DNA from: an uncultured Gammaproteobacteria bacterium
GTDB lineage: Bacteria > Patescibacteriota > Patescibacteriia > Magasanikbacterales > GWA2-37-8
Direction of reading: 5' to 3'
Length of the DNA stretch: 64,000 nt
Assembly (NCBI GenBank): GCA_964510885.1
Contig: CAZEDL010000002.1
Span: 64,707 to 128,706, forward strand
Part shown: positions 59,083-64,000 of the stretch, piece by piece
How the letters are laid out: the number at the start of each line of letters is the position of its first letter
Numbering within the stretch: position 1 is the first letter of the stretch
Notes under the pieces: model-generated
The model's database searches: none
The model's input: only the letters and a program-made list of their open reading frames with translations
What the model was told of the DNA's origin: nothing
Made by a program: the position numbers and the translations under genes

Positions 59083-59265
59083 GTCGTTCATTTTGTCTGG
59101 TTTGACACTGGTTGCCTCGCCCTTGGCGACACAATCGGTTGGCCGGGCTGACTCAGGAGCAGTGAGAACGAGTGAGGAGCTCGTTCCACTGCTCCCACTC
59201 GTAGTTAGTCTTTTTAATTAAGAAGATTGACTAAGCGTGCCCCGAACCGAACTCGATCATTTTCT

Positions 59266-60096
59266 TTATTGAGCACGCGTGGCTTCGTAAGCACCCAAAA
59301 ATTCATCAAATGCCCGCATGAGCGTACGCAGTGATTCGGGAATGGGCAGCAGCGTCTGGTCAATTTTTTTAATAGGAATAATTTTGGAACTGGTGCTGGT
59401 GATGAAGGCGCCGTCATATGACGCCACCGCGCCTAACGTGATCTCGGCAGGAAGCAGTGTGAACCCAAGCGTAACGGCCACCTGGAGCACATGCCGGCGA
59501 GTCACGCCATCAAGAATTTTTTCAGTCGGCGCTTCATATATGGTTTGGCCTTTTAGGGCAAAAAAATTGGTGCGCGTACCTTCGGTAATGATGCCGCTTA
59601 TATCAATAAGCAGAGCATCATAGGCAGACTGTTCGCGGGCCGAGCGATAGGCCAAATAGCTCCCCAGCATATTGAGCGTCTTGGCCTTAGGCAACAAGCG
59701 TTCATAGGGCACGGTGATAAGCTCGGCACCACTCCGATATAATTTTTTATCAGGAAAGAGTGGGGCGAGAGGAATAATAAACAACAGTGCATCCGCTGCT
59801 AATTTACCACCTATCAAGAGAATTTTTAAATTGCAGGCTGGTTCAGTAATGGTAGCCATCAGATCTGCCAGATACTGAGAAACGAGGGCGGCGGTGAGCG
59901 AATGTTCGATCCCGACAATGGTGGCCGAAGTGAACAAACGTTCAATATGTTCATCTTTAAAAAAAATTACGCCATGTTTGGTACGCAAAGTTTCGTAGAC
60001 GCCGAAGCCATACTGGTATTCAATATTAGCGACGGGAATCTGAGCATCGGCGAGCGGAACCAATTGGCCGTTTTTGGAACAATAGGAAAATAGCAT
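59266..60096 (-). CDS. class IV (fold-type IV PLP) aminotransferase, D-amino-acid/branched-chain aminotransferase-like
   Basis: The N-terminus aligns to the D-amino-acid aminotransferase pattern (…NIEYQYGFGVYETLRTKHGVIFFKDEHIERLFTSA…). Start chosen at MLFSYCS (60096); the ORF-track start 60156 is also possible. Confidence 0.7.
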   Translation of the reverse strand: MLFSYCSKNGQLVPLADAQIPVANIEYQYGFGVYETLRTKHGVIFFKDEHIERLFTSATIVGIEHSLTAALVSQYLADLMATITEPACNLKILLIGGKLAADALLFIIPLAPLFPDKKLYRSGAELITVPYERLLPKAKTLNMLGSYLAYRSAREQSAYDALLIDISGIITEGTRTNFFALKGQTIYEAPTEKILDGVTRRHVLQVAVTLGFTLLPAEITLGAVASYDGAFITSTSSKIIPIKKIDQTLLPIPESLRTLMRAFDEFLGAYEATRAQ

Positions 60097-60259
60097 AGTG
60101 AAGGAAGGGTAACAGAGAAGCGGGGAATGGGCAATAAAATTATTTATTGACGCCATTTTCTAAAAAATGACACTCTGGAAAAAAACTGCTAGACTTAAAA
60201 TAGTGGCACTCACAACTTGTGCGTAAATTTAGATACTTTTATTAAGACATTTTATTGAT

Positions 60260-63200
60260 ATGAGAGGCAGACGTGCGTACGACAGCGAAGCGTTGCTTAT
60301 ACCCGAACAACAAGAAACACGCTTCGAGCAAGCGCGCCAAAAGCTGGCCGATTTTTTAGCGACCCCGTACCAAACGTACATTGAAAACTCACAGGCACAA
60401 GGAAAATTTTCTGATTTTTCTATTAACGAAGCGCGCTTTGACGATTGGACCGAAGAGGCTGATCTATACCATCAAGTGGGAGAAACATTACAAGGCATTC
60501 GGAATGAATTGAGGCAACACTTACAAGAAATAGTAGCCGAAGCTAGACAGGCAAGGAAGTTACCAGAGGCTATCGATCACATTAAAAATTTATTGCTTGA
60601 AGACCATTTGGACGAACAGAGCATGCCAGCTATTTTTAAAGTCGGGAAACCGTTTCCAGGAACAGACATCGTTGCAGTCTATGAAGAGTACCTACATACC
60701 GAAACTGATAACGAGCAAACATTTCGCTCTTATTATTATGAAGATATTGTTGAGACACTGGGGACATGCGGATCAGAAGCTCAACCGACCATTGTTGAGT
60801 GCTTAGCAGACATAGATACTATCCGATTTTTAAACAAACAAATCTACAAGCTGGGAAAAAATATTAGTCCCGAAGAATTTAATGCCAAATATGAGGCCTG
60901 GGTAAGCGAAAATAATGTGTACGAATCTGATGAGGGCGGACATTGGGGAGAAGGGATAATGCTCGATGATTTGAATCGGGGTGGCTTGACCAGCTATTTT
61001 TTAATGGAAGATAAACATTATAAGGATACGGCTTTCGGAAAAGCAGTCTTGTCCGGACTTGTCGCCCTAAGCGCTAGTAACGCTGGAGTTCACGATAAAG
61101 TTCGGGCCTATGCGCTTAATAAAATCCTAACCACTCCCGAGGCTTCTGCAGATTTGTACCCGCCTATTAACAACCTGCTGAACCAAGCCCCTGCGGCGGC
61201 TGGCAAGGAGCTGATGGAAAAAATTCAAACGACCGAAGACCGGCTGACAAAAGTACTAGCCACCCGGCTTTTATATCGCTTAGAGCTAGGAAAGATCGGC
61301 ATGTCAGAGCGCGGAGTAAATTATTTGGGAAAAACATTTGACCTCGGGGAATATAATCGCCCGGAATACTCCGCTCATCGCGCTACAGGCGATGGCCAGG
61401 TGGCAGTATTTGACAACCAACAGCACGCGATTGGTTTTTTTCAATTGCGCGACTTAGATTCTCCCGAGATTGTTTTGCAAGCACGGCTACTTGATTTTAC
61501 CCATGCGACCCTGTTTCATACGAACCCCAATGAAACCGAGGCTGAGCGGACAGAGCGCGAGCAGATTCTACAAGAATTCAAAGCCAATTATTTTAAAACC
61601 TATCTCACTGATTTCGGACAAGAAACTGGTGTCATGTTCAACAATCTGAGCTTCCGGGAGCAAGGTTGGTTTTTGTGGTATATGCAACACGCTCCAAGCG
61701 AGGATCGAGCACGGGCTATAACGTTTATAAAAACGTACCACGAACCGGGCTTTAGATTGTTTGTCGCTCTTGAAACAGATAAAGCGGCTGGCAGCAAACT
61801 TCTTGATCTAGCTGATCGCCTGACTCCCCAAGAAATGACTGGGCTAATTGAAGACTACCAGCGGGTCGCTGGTCGAGTCGAATTAATAGCGGCCGAAGTG
61901 AGCGCAGACTTCGAACCAGAAGACCTACACAATGAAGTGCTGATTCAGGGGCTCCTGGTGCGCGCCAAAGATCTACTCGCTACCACTCACCGCCGTATCA
62001 CTGACGGAGAAACACCTGCTGTCGTGCTGCATGATATTCATACAGAATTCCGAGCTGAATCCAGTCGCCAGAGCGCTCTGTCTGGCTTATTCCGTAACAC
62101 CGCCGAGCTGGTCGGTGCACATGAGGCGGGCAGTATCGACCTGGCACGCTATGCTCGCGAACAAGATATTCTGGCCAGTGAAATGAAAAAACAAGATGGC
62201 CTGGGACTGTTTCTTCGTGCGCTTGGATCACGCGGCGTACTTAGACCTATACCGGAAATTCATTGGCGCGTGGATCGAAATTCAGAAGAATACAAACGCC
62301 GTTTGGGCGTAGATGTCATGGGGCTACTCAAAGCTCTTGGAGAGCCGGGCAAAAAAAAGTTACTCCTAGAGTTTGGCCCGGGGAGCGGTAAAAGTCGAGC
62401 AGAGCGAGCACAGGCTGGGCTTGGAAATCAGTATACAGATATTATCATGGCCGATAGCATATACTATCCGGTGAACACATTGATTGAAAAATTATTTGAT
62501 TGGGAAAAATTGGAAGCAGCGAGCGGTGGCACATTATCTGCAGAAGAGCGGTCCGTTCTCTCTGACGCGATCTATAAAATACTCATGATAGCAGATGGTC
62601 AAACCGCCGAGGATAAATTTGAATACAGCGCCGAACGGTTGCAACAATTAACGCGAGACCCCAACGCTCTCAAAGAATTACTCCCACAGGCCGCAGCCCG
62701 ACTGAAAAATATTTCTCTAGTACCCGATACGATCAGCTCTCGCGATAGCGCCGGGCACGTGATTTACCCATATAAAATTAATCTCACTGTCGCCGGTGGG
62801 CGCTCCGCAGCATTTGAAGCGGCCAAACAAACGCTGGCCCATACTCCGGCTAGGTTTCTACGCCAAGATATTGCCGAACGCGATCTCTATCATGAAATTC
62901 CAGCTTTTCCAGCCGGAGTAGTAGTCAGTGACTTTTCTAATATCAACCAATTACGAGATAGCAGCATTGATGTGGCCATGGGCGTGCGTTCGACCGTCTA
63001 CAAACGCGATACAGAATACGAGTCTTTTATGGCGACCATGGCTGACAAGCTAAGCTCGAGCGGTATCTATATCGACGACAATGTTCGTGACAATGATGGG
63101 TGGCGCTCGCGTATGGCCGAATTGGCTCGAGTAGCCAAAACACTGCGTGAACGGCGAGGACCAGTAGGCTCAGAAGTACGCCTGCAATTGGCGCTCGGCC

Positions 63201-63451
63201 CGGGACTGCCTAGTGAAGATGCGGACAAAGGCGTCGTCCCACTCGCGATAGTGATGAGCAGGGGCGAAGCATCGGCAGGAATCGTTAGTCAATTTGTAGA
63301 ACCCGGATATCGACTGATTAGTTTTGACAACTACCTGGCCGAACTGCGCCAGGCGGGCAGCGAGCGTCTACGCCAACTCGATCCAACCGGTCAATTATTA
63401 AAGACAGTAGAGGAACCTGAGCCATCTGAAGCAACCACTGCGGCACCCTGA
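60260..63451 (+). CDS. 1063-aa hypothetical protein with a possible class I SAM-methyltransferase-like motif
   Basis: Long, mostly alpha-helical ORF; LLLEFGPGSGKS resembles a Rossmann methyltransferase motif I. Otherwise unrecognised. Confidence 0.5.
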   Translation: MRGRRAYDSEALLIPEQQETRFEQARQKLADFLATPYQTYIENSQAQGKFSDFSINEARFDDWTEEADLYHQVGETLQGIRNELRQHLQEIVAEARQARKLPEAIDHIKNLLLEDHLDEQSMPAIFKVGKPFPGTDIVAVYEEYLHTETDNEQTFRSYYYEDIVETLGTCGSEAQPTIVECLADIDTIRFLNKQIYKLGKNISPEEFNAKYEAWVSENNVYESDEGGHWGEGIMLDDLNRGGLTSYFLMEDKHYKDTAFGKAVLSGLVALSASNAGVHDKVRAYALNKILTTPEASADLYPPINNLLNQAPAAAGKELMEKIQTTEDRLTKVLATRLLYRLELGKIGMSERGVNYLGKTFDLGEYNRPEYSAHRATGDGQVAVFDNQQHAIGFFQLRDLDSPEIVLQARLLDFTHATLFHTNPNETEAERTEREQILQEFKANYFKTYLTDFGQETGVMFNNLSFREQGWFLWYMQHAPSEDRARAITFIKTYHEPGFRLFVALETDKAAGSKLLDLADRLTPQEMTGLIEDYQRVAGRVELIAAEVSADFEPEDLHNEVLIQGLLVRAKDLLATTHRRITDGETPAVVLHDIHTEFRAESSRQSALSGLFRNTAELVGAHEAGSIDLARYAREQDILASEMKKQDGLGLFLRALGSRGVLRPIPEIHWRVDRNSEEYKRRLGVDVMGLLKALGEPGKKKLLLEFGPGSGKSRAERAQAGLGNQYTDIIMADSIYYPVNTLIEKLFDWEKLEAASGGTLSAEERSVLSDAIYKILMIADGQTAEDKFEYSAERLQQLTRDPNALKELLPQAAARLKNISLVPDTISSRDSAGHVIYPYKINLTVAGGRSAAFEAAKQTLAHTPARFLRQDIAERDLYHEIPAFPAGVVVSDFSNINQLRDSSIDVAMGVRSTVYKRDTEYESFMATMADKLSSSGIYIDDNVRDNDGWRSRMAELARVAKTLRERRGPVGSEVRLQLALGPGLPSEDADKGVVPLAIVMSRGEASAGIVSQFVEPGYRLISFDNYLAELRQAGSERLRQLDPTGQLLKTVEEPEPSEATTAAP

Positions 63452-64000
63452 GGGGCGCGTTTGGCAGCATGATCCCAGAAAAATTTGAATAGCAGCTTAA
63501 AGTTGCTGGCAATCTGGGGATGATGCAGGCGCACGGCCATAGCTTGCTCAGCTTCAAGCGTGGTTAACAACACTTCGTCACCTGCAATTTTAACATCCAT
63601 ACTGAACGGAAATTCAGCAACCGGAATGGTTCGGGTTTCGCGCAGCTCTTTGGCATCAGTTATATTAATGGCGTTCGTACTCGGGGCGACCACACGGTTA
63701 AATATTTTTTTGTGTACGCGTTTTTTAATAAACTTGGGAAAGTATTCCGGAATAAACGCAGCCATCTCTCCTTTGTCTTCGATACTGTCGATGGGCTGAT
63801 TCAGAGCCAATAATTCTTCATAGGCACGAATAACACCTTCTTTGCCTTCATAAAAACTAATACCTGGTTTACTGTGGGCGACATTGTAGGCTGAAATTAG
63901 CTCGGGAAGCATTACCCCGAGTGTTTTTTTAGTTTGTTCAATCGCTTGTGATTGCTGCTCTAAGACTGTCTGCAAACGCGTGGGGTGGACAACTCGGTAG
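63391..64000 (-). CDS. TrmB-family regulator paralogue (3' part; 5' end beyond window)
   Basis: KPGISFYEGKEGVIRAYEELL aligns with KPKIRFYEGADQIKEIYHESL of the 57694 gene. The frame stays open to the window edge, and the gene overlaps the convergent 1063-aa ORF by ~60 nt. Confidence 0.55.
   Translation of the reverse strand, partial: YRVVHPTRLQTVLEQQSQAIEQTKKTLGVMLPELISAYNVAHSKPGISFYEGKEGVIRAYEELLALNQPIDSIEDKGEMAAFIPEYFPKFIKKRVHKKIFNRVVAPSTNAINITDAKELRETRTIPVAEFPFSMDVKIAGDEVLLTTLEAEQAMAVRLHHPQIASNFKLLFKFFWDHAAKRAPQGAAVVASDGSGSSTVFNN

Overview
This 64 kb window reads as a moderately AT-rich bacterial chromosome segment. By eye it is roughly mid-40s %GC, and the gene content (many small hypothetical secreted or membrane proteins, giant surface proteins) is most consistent with a Patescibacteria/CPR-like or related small-genome lineage; that lineage call is inference only.

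Housekeeping genes are recognisable from conserved motifs:
- Transcription and translation: rpoC (5' part), rpoB, efp with epmA, and the rpsF-ssb-rpsR operon.
- DNA metabolism: ftsK, recA, recQ, radC and ogt.
- Others: pyrD, ychF, an ABC-F ATPase, an ABC exporter, a THUMP-type RNA methyltransferase, and tRNA-Ala(GGC) and tRNA-Gly(UCC).

Several accessory clusters stand out:
- A redox/disulfide island: DsbA x2, VKOR, an erythrin-VIT1 MbfA-like protein, a 2-Cys peroxiredoxin, one unknown protein and Fe/Mn SOD.
- A translationally coupled Phd/YefM-like antitoxin overlapping a bacterial-PH-domain membrane protein, next to a stand-alone PD-(D/E)xK (HsdR-N-like) protein and RadC.
- Two surface-protein clusters. 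One holds a 1216-aa protein with about 25 tandem 11-residue repeats and a C-terminal phage tail-fibre intramolecular-chaperone (peptidase S74) domain. The other holds a 988-aa FN3/CarbopepD-like protein, DUF916-like proteins and an O-antigen-ligase-TPR membrane protein.
- A 1063-aa unknown protein bracketed by two paralogous TrmB-family regulators.

Two features recur at several loci:
- Five short islands are conspicuously GC-rich (well above the flanking DNA), and each carries 1-2 genes. The most striking, at 10.2-12.5 kb, encodes a P-loop kinase (NadR-RNK/AAA_28-like)-unknown-Nudix fusion plus a small basic protein. The others carry a sigma-70-family factor with a divergent small ORF (31.2-32.4 kb), a lipoprotein beside rpoB (4.4-5.0 kb), and single unknown ORFs (44.7-45.2 kb and 58.7-59.1 kb).
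- A family of nested palindromic MITE/REP-like repeats (GTCATTCTGAGCG...GAAGAATCC and GTCATTCCCGCGCAGGCGGGAATCC units) sits in four intergenic regions.

No CRISPR array, rRNA or obvious transposase was seen. Nothing here could be compared against databases, so all protein family calls rest on recognisable motifs in the provided translations.
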